In this document: in pieces, positions 27,817 through 44,129 of the stretch
Numbering within the stretch: position 1 is the stretch's first letter
How the letters are laid out: every line of letters starts with the position of its first letter
Origin: Paragordius varius
Taxonomy: Eukaryota > Animalia > Nematomorpha
NCBI GenBank assembly: GCA_964247055.1
Contig: OZ176052.1
Span: 1,488,001-1,552,000 of the forward strand
DNA length: 64,000 bases
Reading direction: 5' to 3'
Position numbers and translations under genes: made by a program
Notes under the pieces: generated by a model
The model's input: only the letters and a program-made list of their open reading frames with translations
Databases searched by the model: none
What the model was told of the DNA's origin: nothing

Positions 27817-30800
27817 TCACTGCCTTAAACGAACCACGTTTAAGGAACTACAAACGAAAATACAATTATTTTTATAAAAAAAATGGGCGAGACCTGCCAC
27901 GCGTTGCTTTAACTTAGTCGAAGCAATAGTTTCTGCATTAATCTGAGGATAAAAATGTAACCTATTAATAAATAAAAATTTTACTAGCAGAATTTCTGTT
28001 TCTCTAATCATTTTTAAGCTATCATTATAGCTTGCTCTCATAAATCCAATTATAGAATTAAATTGATCAGTTAATGTAAAAAGGTAATAAAACCTATATT
28101 TTGTCTGAGCCCACACCTTTTCCGGGTGAATGCTTCAAAAAGAGGATTTATGAATTTTTAATATTTTATTAACGATATTAAAATTAAATATATTATTTCA
28201 AAAAATATTTTATATTATCGGAATTGTCCTTTTATCGGTACGTCGACCGCCAGTCTAAATAAATTAAAACTTTATCCTTACCAAATAATTCGGAATTAAC
28301 CCAAAAATGCTGAATGCTCAAATGCCACTTTAATTCAAAATTAGAACAAATCTATATCAATATAATAATTTATTCTTTTATCATCATATTTTTTATAGAT
28401 AACATTCATATATACATAACATAAATAAATACAAATTTTCATAAACTAGCTAATTAAACCTAAGTAATAAAAACTCGAATTGAGATCGTATCAAGTATAT
28501 GAGCTTCAGATGTAACATTTGCACACGTACAAAAATAGAGAATATACTCATGGTATAAATCAGTTTTTGATGGATTATCATACATTGTTTCTTGATTATT
28601 AGGCTCTTGATATTTCAGAGTAATGGGTAATTTAACATATTTAAATGGTTTAATATTTAAAGTTCTGTGCTTATCCTTGATAATAAAAAGAAAATTTTGA
28701 GATGATGGTAGCAATAAACTATTGGGTTTTGGTAGGGGGCCCTGGATAGTTAGCTGTATAGATTCCGTTTTATTAACATTTTTTATGGTTATATATTTGT
28801 TAATTATCATCGTTTTATCTGTTTGATGTGTATCAGAAGCCATAAAAGTAAAATCTAAAACATTAGGACTTATGCGTAAGTATAGGGTTTGCAATTTATT
28901 GCTTGAATTTTTTGGTTGGGTGTATGTGTTAAGGAAATTGTTTAAATCATTTGATTTATTACTGCTGATTTGATTGATATTACCATTTACAGAGAGAGGG
29001 TTAAATGCATACTATATCATGAAATTTAGACGAAATTATTATTATTATCAAAGGAAAAATAATTCCCAGCAAATTTTTTTGTAAAATGTTATATAAGAAA
29101 ACAAATATATTATAATTTAGTTACTATATTACAAAATATAAATTTAAAAAAACTAGTTACTTGAACATCGAAAGAAAAGGCTTTTTGGCATAATACTTCA
29201 CGAGATGTAAAAACGCTATTGGGAGCTATATGGATTTTTTCGAAAACAATCGTATAGTTACACATTTTTGTAGGTAATTGATCATGGTTTTTCTAAACAA
29301 TGACAAATAAGATAAAAACGGGCGAAATTGAGCAAACAAATAAACATTTTATAAACTATCCAAATTAAAATTTATTTAAAACACCAATATACTTATAAGA
29401 AAAATATTAACATATGAATGTTAGAGACGTATTTTAATTAATAAATAAAATTAATAAAACTCTTACTAAAAGAATAAATTTAAAAAAATAAAATATTTAG
29501 GATAGAATTGATCCTTTAACAAAATATTTATATTATTTTATACCAATTTTATCCAAAATATTTTATATTTGAAAAATTTATAATTTGAGGAAAAATTAAT
29601 ATTAAAACATTTACCATTTTGATTTTAATCGTAAAGGGCATTATATAGGCATGACCATGGACTGTAAAATAATCTTTTACAGTTTGTTGTGTAATGATAG
29701 CTTGAGCTGGTTCAAATTCAACATTTGCGCAACGTATATTGGAATCTAAATTGTTTTGTGAAATATTTCTGTCTTTGGAGCCTTGTATATACCACATTAT
29801 TTGTTCATCATGATTAGAATATTTTAAGATTTGTAGCAAATGCTTAGCATTGAATTGAATATTTATGGTGGATTCTGTACAATTAAACAACATAAAATAA
29901 ATATGAAATAATTTCGTTTAAGAATTTTTAATATTAAGTATATTTAGGAAATAAAAAAGCTAGCTTTTGCCAAAATCATAAAATATTTACGATAAGTTTG
30001 TCCAGGAATAACGTTACAAAACTGTATATGTGCCGGATTCAACGTAATATAATCCTCCAAAATTTTGCTGTGCCATAAATAGCTAAGTAGGAAAAATATA
30101 CAATTAATTAAAAAAATCTCAATATAAAAACATTAAAAAATTTCAATATTAGAATTATGATAATTCAATCAAAATATTGCTAGTAAACTTTGTTCAAAGA
30201 ATGCAAAATCAGTAAAACCAATTTTTATGCGGAATCAAAAAATATTAAAATATATAAGAGGGGTAAATTTGAAATGTTAAAGGGTGAATATAAATAAATG
30301 GGATATATTTGTAACTTAATAAAAAATTGAACCATTTTTTGAATAAAATCAATAAAAAGACAAAATCAAAGTAAAATATACTTTTCAGCGCGATGAACAT
30401 TTATGGTATTTCCATCATCATTTATATTGTTGCTATTCAGATTTTTTGTCATGGGAAATTCATTTGTTGAATGCTTATAAAGACTCAATGATTCTGAGGC
30501 TGATCTGGTAAGGTTGACACTTTTTCCCAAATCTAAAATGTGCAAACGATATATATATAAAATTTTTCATTTTTCCCTCCTTTATATTGAAATATGGTTT
30601 TTTAAATTTTTAATTGCGGATAATAATGTATGATGAAAATCAAATTGATGTTTAAATCAAATTTTAAAATCTGAATTATATGGTAAGGGTAAGTTTTATT
30701 ATATAATTTAGATTTATAAATCTTCTTTTTTATAATAAAATACACCCTTAATTTTTTTAAAAATCTAACTTTGGTATTCATTCAACTAACAATTTGCAGC

Positions 30801-33800
30801 CAAATATCATTAATTTTTTGTAAAAACTTAAACGTAATATACCTTAATTTAATAATAAAATCAATTAACTTTAGTTTGAATAATTTTATAATTTGAAACT
30901 CTAATTTTTTTACTTATATGTAGCTCCCATTTAGACGTTTGTCCATTGTAAAATAAATCATAACATTGGCATATAACATTATCGGAGAAAGCGTTGAGAT
31001 CGAAATCATCATAAACACCATATTCATGGGGCAAATCATCTTAAATGCAAAATTTTATCTCAAATTTATAAAAAACCATTAATAAAAAGGGAAAATTATA
31101 TATTTAATTCGTTAAAATTTAAAATTAAAACCTGTATGAAGGCAAATGTTTGATTCCAATAGTTTTACAATATCTGGTCCAAAAATTTCAACATCCTTCC
31201 ATTTTATAGGATTGTAAGCTAAATATCTATACGAATAATGCATATAACATATAAAAAAGTCCAAAATAATTTATAAAAAATTATGATAGCCAAGCTTGGA
31301 AAAAATATTATTCAATCGAGCATATTATAAGCAAAAAATTAAACTTTTAAGACCAAAGCCCCAAATGAATAAATAGCGATACAGGCCCTTACATATGGTG
31401 CAGAAATCTAGTCGTTGATTCAAATAATAATAAAAAAAATTTCACACAGAAAATAAAATCCTCAAGACAATAATCCTTTATGAATTAAAGGCAACCACAC
31501 CAAATATAATTTCAATAATAATTTTCAATCTTTCAAATAGATCCAATGAATCATATTATACAAATCAAAAGATTAAACTGTTCAGGAGACACATTGTACG
31601 AAGAGATAATAATATTTTGAATACAGCATTATAAATTAGATTCAAAAGGATAACATGACTCAAAACTTTCACACATGATTTAATAAAAGAGGAACGAACA
31701 ATTAGACGCCTACAACCGCAAAATATGGAGGAAAAAAAATATATATCAGAAACTCGTTATTGAGTACCATCTGATCAAGAATCATGATTTAGATAGATTT
31801 AGTAATAATGCAGGATATTTACAGTAAAGACCTCTTTACTTAATTCAATTTATCCAAACAATAACTCATTTATCAAAAAAATGATTTCAAATATCAATCA
31901 GAAAATTTGTAAAGGTAAATTAATCACACAATTTTATTTTCAAATTTATTTTTTCTATTACATCAGAAGGCATAAAATGTCATTAAAATTTGCTTTGTTT
32001 TTAGGTATTTGAGCAAAATAAAGATATCGAATCGTAATCCTTTAAAATGAAACATTTCTTTATAGTCCACTTGTTAAGAAAAATAAAAATAATAATCTTT
32101 GGAATGATTTTATTTATTTAATAATGCAAAAATTTGTGGAGATTGAGAAAAAGTGAATAGACTAAAAAGGCTTACACAAAGTCATTTTTCCAAAGATTAA
32201 AATGTGGAATATATAGTACACCTTAGCGAAAACTAATATTTAGGTTTGTTGTAAGGAATTAATCACAAATTATCATATTGTCAATTATGGAAATAAATCA
32301 AAAATCTTACCTTGCAACCTTGATTCTATACAAATTTGGTATGGAGATTAATTTGACAGTATATCGTTCATGTGGATTAATGTTCTGTAGATTAATAGGT
32401 AGTCGAAAACTCCGATCAGGTTCAACTATAAATTCTTCATATTTTAACACATCTGTTTGTAAAAAAATCAAATATTAGCTTGAGAAACAATATAAAAAAA
32501 CCATTAAAAGTTTGCTACACTATAAATGAAAAATAAAACGAAAAACCGACATATATAGTTTTTATTAAGAAGACAATTAAAAAATTTTTCCATTATTTTT
32601 ACTATATATATATATACCATTTACAGTTCAAATTCACCCTAAAATAATTTAATTCAAATTCACTATAAAATAATTTAATTCAAATTCACCCTAAAATAAA
32701 TTATGCGTTTTTCTACGATTATAAATCACCTTAATTTTTTAATATTTATAAAATATAAAATTCTGTTTAAAATAAATGCAATGCTAAAAAATAATAAACC
32801 ATGTCGTTAAAATATATTTCATATTAATAATGAGTTATATTAGTTGCCCAAAAACACATAATTAATTTTTAGAGTAAATTTAAATCGTAAATGGTATATC
32901 TTAAATAAATACAACTGTAAACTATATAATTGAGTTTCCTACCAATTTACATCTCTATACATTATTTGCAACCCAAAACAATATGTATCACTCAAAAATT
33001 GATAAGTAAAATTAAAAAAATTGCATAATTTTAGCTATCTAATTTTAATTTTTACCGTTAAAAAAATAAGGAAAAAACAAAAATACTTGTAGAGTTGAAT
33101 GATGGATGGATTAATAAAGTAAAAGCGTTTAGGGTCCCTTTATTTTGGACAATAAATAATTGATGATTAAAATTCCTAGGGTCAGTGGTGGTATTTGTCA
33201 ATTTTTTAACATTAGTATCTGATTCATTTTGTTGTGAGGATTGTGTTTCAAGAAGTAGAAATGGCTTTATAGTTCCGGCACAACCAAATAAGGGTATCTA
33301 TCACGAAAAATTTTAATGAATGATAAAATTTTAAACGAAACTTTAATTTTAAATTAGTAAACCTTCAAAAAATAATTAATATTGATAATTGAGAAAAATT
33401 ACAAATAATTTAGATAAACAAATGCATTTTAATAGTTGCTTATTTCACACAATACAGTCATGTATCCTTTATTTTATCAAAAATTTATTTTTTTAGTTAA
33501 ATGGGTATAAATATTTGTTAAAGAATGGAAAAAACAAAACTTCTATTTCTTATACTTTTTTAATAAATATGATATTGTTAATACCATAGGGCTCATGTTT
33601 TTTCTATTCTTTAACAAATATTTATACCCATTTAACGAAAGAAAATAAATTTTTGATAAAATAAAGGATACATAACTATAGTAAGGCAATTTGCAACACA
33701 ACAGTAGCGTATGGAAAAAAGAAAGGAAATAATTATTTATTCAACATTTTGTTGTTTTCCATACACTACTGTGTTGAAAATTGTCCAACTATAGTGTGAA

Positions 33801-34906
33801 ATAAGCAACCATTTAAAATGTATACTGTAATTCATAGATAATACGCATATAGTTTTAAGGTTAATATTTTAAATTATTTAATTATATATCATATACAATT
33901 CAAAAATATAATATACAAACTAACGTCGTAAAAAATTGAAAAAATATTAAATTACCATGATATAAAAAAACTAATCAATTATAAGATGCTTATTATAATT
34001 AAAAAAATTATCCATTTTTATATGAAAACACAGTAAAAATTGAAATTATACGGACAAACGTAAAATTATAAAGACATTTTTATTTTTCTAAAAGAAACCA
34101 TACTTTTTATATCTTGATTTTTTTAATCATAACTTATTGTTTAAAACTGTTAAGTATGAAATAGAGATATATATTGGTATCACAATCAAATATATATTTT
34201 ACAATCGTAATTAAATGATTTTTATAGTATAAAGCAAGGTTTGCAAAATTATGGTTGTCTTTGAAAAAAATTTATCTTTATATTTTGTTTTGTCCATATA
34301 ATTTCCATTTTTAGAAAATCCTACCCTAAACATCCAAAAAATATTTATAAAACACTCACATAATATTTTTTAGGGGCTAAATCATCATTGATATTGATGC
34401 CATTTTGTGGCATTTGAAATTTTGACGATGATAATACAATATTATTTACATTGTCTTCATAACTCATATTATTATCATGAGGAATAGTTTTTAAGGGTGT
34501 AGAAGTACATTGAAGTAATAATTTTGCAGAATAAAGTGCTCTCCGTAAAAATGGTTTAAAATGGATGGCTAACGTTATTTTTTTGCCTGATTCTACGATA
34601 AAATGCGTATGCTGTTGATGTTTTTGTTTCGTGTTTTGTGAAAATATACCATTATTGTGATTTTGATCAGTGAGAGATGGCGCTTGAAATGTTGAATTGG
34701 TTGACATGATAGGAAACTGAAAGAAAAAATTTTAGCGTGTTTATCATATAAATTATTTTTATACTAAGATAAAATTTTTATTAAAACTAAAAAATTTTGT
34801 AAAAATTAATATAAAAATTGCATAATTTTAGTTTTTTTATATAAAATTTTTTCAATTAGCCATATGTATTATGATTTTAACACAGATAAACCATTATAAC
34901 ATAACC

Positions 34907-34941
<35 letters not shown>

Positions 34942-35483
34942 GAAATAAAATCACATTTAACTTGAAAAAAATCAAATTAAATAATTTTAAAATTGGGAAA
35001 ATAAAAAATATTCTTACATAAAATGGATTTACACTACTGAGTTTTTGGAAGGAGGGATATTGCCAAAAATCCTCTAAATTTTCATTTTTATGTTCAGAAT
35101 CGAATTCACAATTTATTACATCTTTGAGTGCAGGTGATTTATTTTTTCTCAAAATATTTTTTCTGGATTTTTTCAATGGTTGTTTTAATCTTGTGAGATT
35201 AGGGTTATTTTGATTTATAAAATTATTGTCAAAACTTTTTGGTTGATTAATAGGTAGATTTTTATTATCATTACAGTTTTGATTTATATTATGACATTCT
35301 CCAAAACAATTATCGTACAGTAGTGATGCATACACATGTAAAGGGCTATAACTATGAGGGGTAGGGATCTCTAAAAATTTAATAAAAAGAATATTAAGAT
35401 TAAATAAATTTATACTTTAATAAAAGTCAAATAACATTTAAAATTAGGATAAACTTTAATTTAAATACACAAAATAGATTTAC

Positions 35484-35523
<40 letters not shown>

Positions 35524-38500
35524 TTATTTATATTAAAAACGTGCATTTTGAGTTAATTTTCGGTGTTTATAAGAAACATTTAGGCAAAATGTTAACGAAA
35601 AAAAAATTTATTTGCTTTAGAAATAAAGGGTAAATACTACCGGAACAACAAACTTTGTTATTAAATGCTATTTTCAAATGAAAATTCTTATAAACGGTGC
35701 CAAAAATGAACATTGTAAAATTTATTTTTTCAAATTTTTAATCCTATTTGATATGAATGGGAATTCATACATAATACAATATATTTTGTGGCTTAAATGT
35801 AATTTTTTTTGGTTCTAATACTAATCAAAAGATATTTATCTGTAAATTTTTTAAAATAATGCTTATATCAATTCGATACTAATTTTCACCCTTCTTTTTT
35901 AAAATTATATGGAACAAAAACCATATGCTTCTTCGTTAAAATAAAATAAAAGTGTTACACAAATTATAGTCAAAAAAAATTGGAATTTTTCAAAAAAATA
36001 AACCTGCTGTGGTATTTCGTTTCAACATATCAGTATAATGCATGATAGTTATGTATTGTGTAGAGTCATAGGCATTTGAACCTTGCCAACTCATGCATTG
36101 TTTGTTAAATAAGAGGGGTGATGGAACTTTTATCGGAATATTAAAATTTTTAGTATTATGATTGGAATTGAAATTGAGGTTGTTTGAATAACTTTCAACC
36201 GTTTGATTTGAATCTAAATATGATATAAAACATGCAGAGATTATAGAAATTTAGTGTAATTTTTAATATTAGATAAAATCTTTATATAAAGTTACACATG
36301 CAAAATTTAAAATTATTTTTAAAAAAACAATATTAACATTAATTTCAAATATACAGTATATTATAATTTTTTTGGCTAAAATGCGCTTCTAATAAATAAG
36401 TTATTCAAATAAACTGTCTAAAAGTTATATATACCATTTACATTTCAAATCACCCTCGAACAATTCAATTTCACCCTTGAACAATTCGAATTCACCCTAA
36501 TAATAAATTATAAAATTTCGGGCTAATATAATTCATTATTAAAATTAAATATATCTTTATGGCAAAGTTTATTATTTTTTCAGTATTATAAATTTAAACA
36601 AATTTTATTTTTTAAAAAATATAGGTAATTTTTAATCTTAAAAAATACATAATTTTTTTAAAGTGAATTTGAATTTTTCAAGGGTGAATATGAATTGTTC
36701 AAGGGTGAATTTGAAGTGTAAATATTATATATAACTGCAATCTAATGCTAATCCTTGATTAATAAGATTAATAAATAAAACAACCTAATTGAGAACAAAT
36801 TAATAATTTTAATACCATTGTTAATACATAATTGGTTGTTTTGATTGTTCAATGTTGTTTGTGGGCCTGTAAGGAGCGAAGTTTGAATTTCTTGATTTTG
36901 CTAAAATAATTAAAACAAAATTACTATAAAATACAATATATTAAACCAAACCATTATCATTTAATCATATTTGACAAACTTAAGAAAAGATCAAAAATGA
37001 CATTATTTTTAAATATCTTAATTTAAAGTTTGGCAAAAATAAGAATTCATACAAAAAGCGTTCCTGATATATAAAAAAAGCAAACCAAAATACTCTATTA
37101 ATAATAACAATTTAAAACTATTTGTAAAATCTCAAAAATTATTTAAACTTTTTAAATTATATTCCAATCTTATAAACTTACCATGGAAATTTTTGGGTAA
37201 TTTTCTTTTTCATCTACCTCCTTTTTAGCTTTATTGCCAATTCTTTTGGATTCCATATGTTTTTCTGGAGATATTTCAATATTTGAAAGTGGCGCCATAT
37301 AATTGGGTTCTTGTTGCTTTAAGAGTATTAGTTTACTAAATTGTATAATTTCTCTATCATCTTTCGGTTGTGCCATGATGCGTGAATTAGTATTGAATAA
37401 AAGTTCCATTTTTATTTGCAAATATATATCTTGTGGCATGTGTTTAGCTTTATCGGAAAAATTTGGATTATAACTAATCTAAAACGAATTATATTTGTTA
37501 ATTTAAACTAAGATTAATGAATATCAAAAATAAAGAGTGTTTGGAATATATAAAAAAGTCTAAATTCTGGTTGTCAAACCGAGAAAATAATGTTCATAAT
37601 TTTTTTTGCAACACACCATACTTTATATAAAAATAAAACCAAATCATCCCAAAACATTTTTAAAAGAATAATAAAACTTTTGAAATATTACTGTTTAAAC
37701 GCAAATTTAGTAATAATCTAATATCTTATTTCTTAAAATAAATATATTATCAATTTCCATCACACGGATCGAAATTTTTAATCTAATATTAAAGGTAAAA
37801 AAAAATAATTATAGTATGCATTTTAATGGTTGCTTATTTACACTATAGTAGGCCAATTTGCAACACATGAGTGTATGGAAAAAACAAAAAAATGTTGAAT
37901 AAAAATACTTCCTTTTTTTCCATACACACCTGTGTGTCGCGAATCGTTCAACTATAGTGTGAAATAAGCAACGATTAAAATGCATACTGTATAAAAAATC
38001 AATTTTTTGAAAGCTAACACATATTAAGCGTGAAAATAGCCACTTTGAAAAAAAACTTTTTTTTCTATAAATTTTTTTGCGATTTCATCGTATAAACTAT
38101 TGACAACATATTAATTAAAATTATGACATTATTACTGTAAAATTGCAGTTCTGTGGTTTTTAAAGGTTTACTTTTTTGAAAAAGAAATTTGCCAAAAACT
38201 TAAAATCTTGCTACACACCCTTTTTTCATAATAATAAAATGGCATCAAATCAAAAAAATTATCACATATAAATATAAATGTATATATACTTTAATGTATC
38301 GCGTAAATCCTGGCAAAATTTTTATCGGGTATTTCAACGAATCTACAATACTGTATGGGCCACCCATCATCGTATTTGCATTTTCATTATTTTTATCATA
38401 TTTTTCGCCTTCTGAGCCAGCATTTGGTAGGAAGCGTATTCCAATAATATGCAAAGTTAGGGTTTGATGTGATTGATCCTTTGAATTATTTGTAATGGGT

Positions 38501-41500
38501 AGAGTTTTGAATATTATTGAATTATTAGTTCTACCAAAATTTTTGTGGAATGATGTTTGAGGACAAGGCATAAATGATAAAACGCTTGGTAAATCAATAA
38601 TTTCATCTGAAAGAATGGGAAAATATTATAAATTCCAATCAAAATTAATGTATGTTGTTAAAAGTAATATCGGCATATCAAGAACCACGCTTTAAAATTG
38701 AAATTTCTAATCATTTTAAGATACTTTCTGGCGATTAAGAAATATTAAAGGATAAAAAATTAAATATAAAAGGAAGATAATTTCAACAATATAGTGTAAT
38801 ATTCATTTATATTAGTTTACGGTTCGTTTATAATTACAGTAGCGTATGGATTAAAACAATATTAGTCCATAGAAAGATAAAAAAATATTTTTTTAAAAAA
38901 AACAAGGGGATATTATAGATATGTGTATTTACAACTAGGATTGTAAAAAAACATTTTTTTATTCTTCTATGGACTAATATTGTTTAACTCCATACGCTAC
39001 TGTATTTATCTTGAAATTTTAATTTTTTTAATAATTTATAAAAAATCTAAAAATTAGCCGATTATTCTTATTTCCAATTACTAAATTTATTAATCAGTAC
39101 CCAAATTAATTCCCGTCAAATTCGATTTATTTATATGATCACCATCAAAATTATCATGTTTGAGAGTATTATGCTTTGTCTTACAATTTGATTGTTGTAT
39201 ATAATTCTTAGAGAGCATATGCTCAGGATTAGGACTTGTACTTAAACAATTTCTAGCAGTTTGAAATTGTTCACTGTATTCAGATCCTTGAAAACTATTA
39301 TTACTATCTTTATAATTGCCGCTTTTTAACTTCTTTTCAAAACTATTTGAAGTATTATCATTAACCAAATTTAGTTTATTAAATACTCGGGATAATGTTA
39401 AATGATCATCCATTAAGGGGGAATTAAAATGTTGGACTTGTTTTTGATATTTTTCAATTGTTTTATTTTCGAGCTTTCTATCATTATTACCACCTTTTTT
39501 GTTTAAAGGTGTTGACATTTGATTAGCTTTAACACTAAAAGACATGGAAATATTATCATTACTATCGTAATGTTTTAAGGAATTTGATTGTGCCTCTATA
39601 TGGTGTGGAGTTGCCAAGAATTCTTTAGCGGTAAAATTGTTTTGGTTATTGAGAACAGCATTATTTTGTGATTTAGAATGATGTTGTTGCGCTTTAAATC
39701 TTGGATTTGAGAAATTCATGGATAGATGATTAGATTTTGAATGTTGAGTAGAGTTATTTTCTACAGTATGTATGTCTTCATCATCTATAATAATTTTATG
39801 TGAAAAACATGTAAAAAATATATTTTAATGGATATTTGCGGATTGAATTAATAATAATAATTATAAGATTAAAATGCCTTATTTCCAATTTATTGGAAAC
39901 TACATAAGTTTAAATTTTTTTCTTTATAATTTAATACAATGAACTTCTAAAACTGGGGTAAGCAACAGGCGCTTTTAAAATATTTTGGAGGAACCGCATA
40001 TTAAATATACAAAATATTACAAAATTTAAGCGAAATTCTTAAACAAATTTTCTAAATAAATCTTTCCAAATTTTGGCAGTGAACTAGAAAAATTGTGAGA
40101 GTAAACAGTTGGTTTTTAAAAACACATGTTTGAAATCTAAAATATTTATTAATTCCCATATATTCCAGTCGAGTTTTTAGATGCAAAATGCGACCCGTGA
40201 AGCCATTTGAGTTGGAGACCCCCTGCCTTAAAACAATCAGCCTTTATAGTCAGCTTTTTATTCAGTAAAAAAATATAAAGACAAAACGTGAAAAAGATTC
40301 ATTAAAAAACACAACCATATTTTTTGAACTTATCATTTAGCATTAAAGGTAAGAAATTGTGATGTAAATTAATGATACACATAACTCAACTGAATACATC
40401 ATTATTTCTTTTAGCATATACTAATAATAAGGTTAAACATTTGATTTTTTTATAAAAGTGTATTTAATTTTTAATTTTCATAATTCTTGTAAACAGCACC
40501 TATAAACTAATGAGCTCATGCTGTTTATTAAAAAATTAATGTAATATTTAATAATTATTATTATTCAATTTCTTATCGGGATCATTATGAAGGAAACTCT
40601 ATAATATTTAACATAGGGTGCATTAATGTAACTTACATTCCAAAGGAGGTAAATTAAATTTGACATTGTTTGACATCTTTTTGGAACTGGACAATGTTGA
40701 TTTTTTCAACATTTCTCCACCTTGATTAATTATATACCTATTATCATTACCATTTTTGTCTGGAGTTTGGTTATCGTTAAGATTTGCGATTTCTAGTGGA
40801 ATCGAATTCATATATTTGTTAAAATTGTTTGCTCGAAGAGTATTAATTTTACTACTCGATTTATCATCAAAATTATTATGTTGTGGTGTACTTAAGTTGT
40901 TGATATCATCATCACTTTTATTGCAAGTGTATTTTGTAGAATTTAGAATATTATTATCATTAATTTTATAGTTATCAATATCATAAATATCAGTTGTCGC
41001 ATTAATAATGCTTTTTTCGTTTTGATTGTAATTTTTAAAATTATTAGCAGCAAAAACACCATTAGAAGTTTGAGTGAAATAATTTTGACTATAATTATTA
41101 TAGGGTTGTTCTTCCTTTAAATATTTTTGATGAGGTAATGTTGTATTTTCAATCGCTTGTTGTTTTGTAAAATTATTTAAAGTTGCATTTTCATTTGAAT
41201 TTTCGTAATTTGTTGTATTATTCTTATTTATACAACTACTTTTTAAAACAATTTCGACTAATTGATTATTATTATTATGGGATTGGTAAAATTCTGAATT
41301 ATAATCTCCTGATATATTGAAAATGGGAAAGGGTTCATGGTCTAATAGAGGCTTGGGTGTTTCAATAATCTTGGAAAATCCAAAATTGGGCTATTTTTTA
41401 TGAATGTAAATATAAAAATAAAAGTAAAATTGATATAAAATATTATAAAAAACGATTCAATCAATTTATATATATATATATATACTTTTTAAATATTGTT

Positions 41501-44129
41501 TCAGTACCAGAAATGATCGTTTCAAAAAAATTGTAATAAATAAACATTTGAAACATATATACCTATTTTGCCGTCTATATTAAAAAAATATTTGAAAGAT
41601 GTTCAAAAATATTAACCAAAAAAAATATTTGGTTCTATGGAAAACACCAAATAATTTTTTATAAAATTTAACACATATTTTGTTAAAAAAAATATATTTT
41701 AGTTTTTGAAAAATATAAGTTAACAACGCTTAAATACAACATTTTATCCAACATTAAATCTTTCAAAAAAGTACTCAAAAAAGTACCCTATCAGAAAGAT
41801 AATTATTCGCTTGATTTTGCGTATTATCACACATGTCACCATTATGAATCATTTGAAGTGGGGTATCCAAATGCCCCAAAGGTTCAGACCCTCGAGCAAG
41901 GTATGTGGTTATACTTTCTTCTGGTTCTTCAATCATTTCAGTGCCATAATTAATATTTGGTTTTTGATTAATCTGAAATAATTTTTTTATGAAATTTAGG
42001 GTAAAATTAAAATTGCCCCCAAAAAAAGTTATTTAACAAAATAATCTTTTATTTTGATGCATTAATTTATATAAAAAGGTTGAAAAAATCATATTACCAA
42101 CCGTATTTGCCATGTTCTCCCCAACAATTTGTTAACAAAAAATATTTTAAAATCCAAATCCTATTAACAATTTCATTCTGAAAATTTTTTTTACAAAATA
42201 TAAAATATTTATTTATAAAAACTAAAGAAAATAGAAAAATAAATTTTTAAATATATAACTAACCCTATTTGTCATAGCATTTGAATCTATATATTGCGTT
42301 TGGGTTGATAAATCACATTTATTAACATTATTGCTAAAATTATTTAAATGTATTATATGTCCAGCACCAGGGAAATGGTAACTAAAACTTTTTTCAACAT
42401 CATTTGCTATATAGAAAAATAAATTTATACAGTGAAATATAATTTAAAATTACGCATAGAGTTAATTTAACACCATTTTACTAATGTTATAACTTTGTCA
42501 TTTCTAATTTTTTATTCAAACAGATTAATTTCTTTTTTATTATATAAGTTTCTCTAAATATAAATTTAAAATAATATTAATTTATAAAAAAGACAAAATT
42601 ATAAAAATATTAATTCTAAAGTTTTTAATAATTTAAACAAAAAAAATGCACTTAAATAATTTTTTATTTTAAACTATTTTATACCATTCTGTGTAGAGTT
42701 GCGTGAGTTTGGAGTTCCATTGTTTGATAACAAATTATTTTGCGGTAAAATTTCTTTGAAAGAAAATACCGAGGAAGCCATAGAAAGATTATTGCAATTA
42801 TTATTGCAATTATTATTATCATTGATTGTTGAAGTAAAGTTATTATTTTTATTATCATTGTAAAATTTGTTTTGATTAAAACTATTTTGTCCATTATTAA
42901 CTTGTTGGTTCCATGAATTGGAATCGAAATCAACGCAATTCGAAAATATCTAAAATAAATAAATATTTATGATACATATATCAGTAAATGTTAATTTTTA
43001 ATATCAAGAATTTTTTTTTAATCCATGTGGCATTTGTTTATCCTTTAAAAAGTTGTTTTACAAGCATATAAAAAATAACACTTACATATATATTTAAATG
43101 TACTTACATGTCCCTTTTCGGTACACATATATGAGAGATATATATTAACATTGCAATATGTTCCTCCTCTCGCTACATTTCTTATTTGAGAAATGGTAAC
43201 ATATGTGTTTTGCCTACTTTGATAAATATTTAGGTTTGATATAACATTTTTTATAAAATTAGGTATTAATCAGTATGTTATGTGTTGTGCATACTTTGAT
43301 TTTTAATTTATAAGTTTATATATTTTTTTTATAAAAAATATTAAGTTTTTATTATTTTGTCAAAAAGAAATTTAGAATAAATGTATAGTTTTTGTGAAGA
43401 AGATAGTATAGATGAAAGTTTGCCATCAACATTAGATTCAAACTATGGCACCTTAATAACCCAGACTCCAGAGATCAAAAATCAGGAAAGATGCCATTTC
43501 AATGTGGAAGAATTGATTGAAAACTTAACTCAAATTCTTGAAAATATTCAGCACATTTATTTTCTTAAGTATTATGAGCACACCAAAAAAATTGTCAAAA
43601 ATATTTGCTTAAATAAATTACCACTTGTAAAATAGTTAATTATAAATGGTATTATTTTACCATTTTTCGTGACATTTCTCAGTTTTAATTTTAGGTGTTT
43701 TCAAAAAAAGTCAGCAAAATCAAATCAATATTTAAATTTGTATAATACAAGTTTTATTACGCACATAAGCGATTTATATGTTAATTTCAAATATATTTTT
43801 TATAGTCTTTTCTGAAAAATTTTTTAATTAATTATTAAAAACTTAATTTTTTATAAAAAAATTATATATAAAACCTAAAAAATTATTTAATGAAGTAGGC
43901 ACAACACATATGCAATGTTACCATTTCTATAATGAGATATGTAGCGAGAAGAGGAACATATTGCAATAATATATATCTCTCATATATGTGTACCGAAAAG
44001 GGACATGTAAGTACATTTAAATATATATGTAAGTATTATTTTTTATATGCTTGTAAAACAACTTTTAAAAGGATAAAAAAATGCCACATGGATTAAAAAA
44101 AAATTCTTGATATTAAAAATTAACATTTA

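Noticed and set aside
33461-33470. GTATCCTTT (U12 5' splice-site consensus); similar ATATCCTT motifs near 25590 and 55517
   Set aside because: They lie inside a MITE TIR or within continuous coding exons, not at exon borders.
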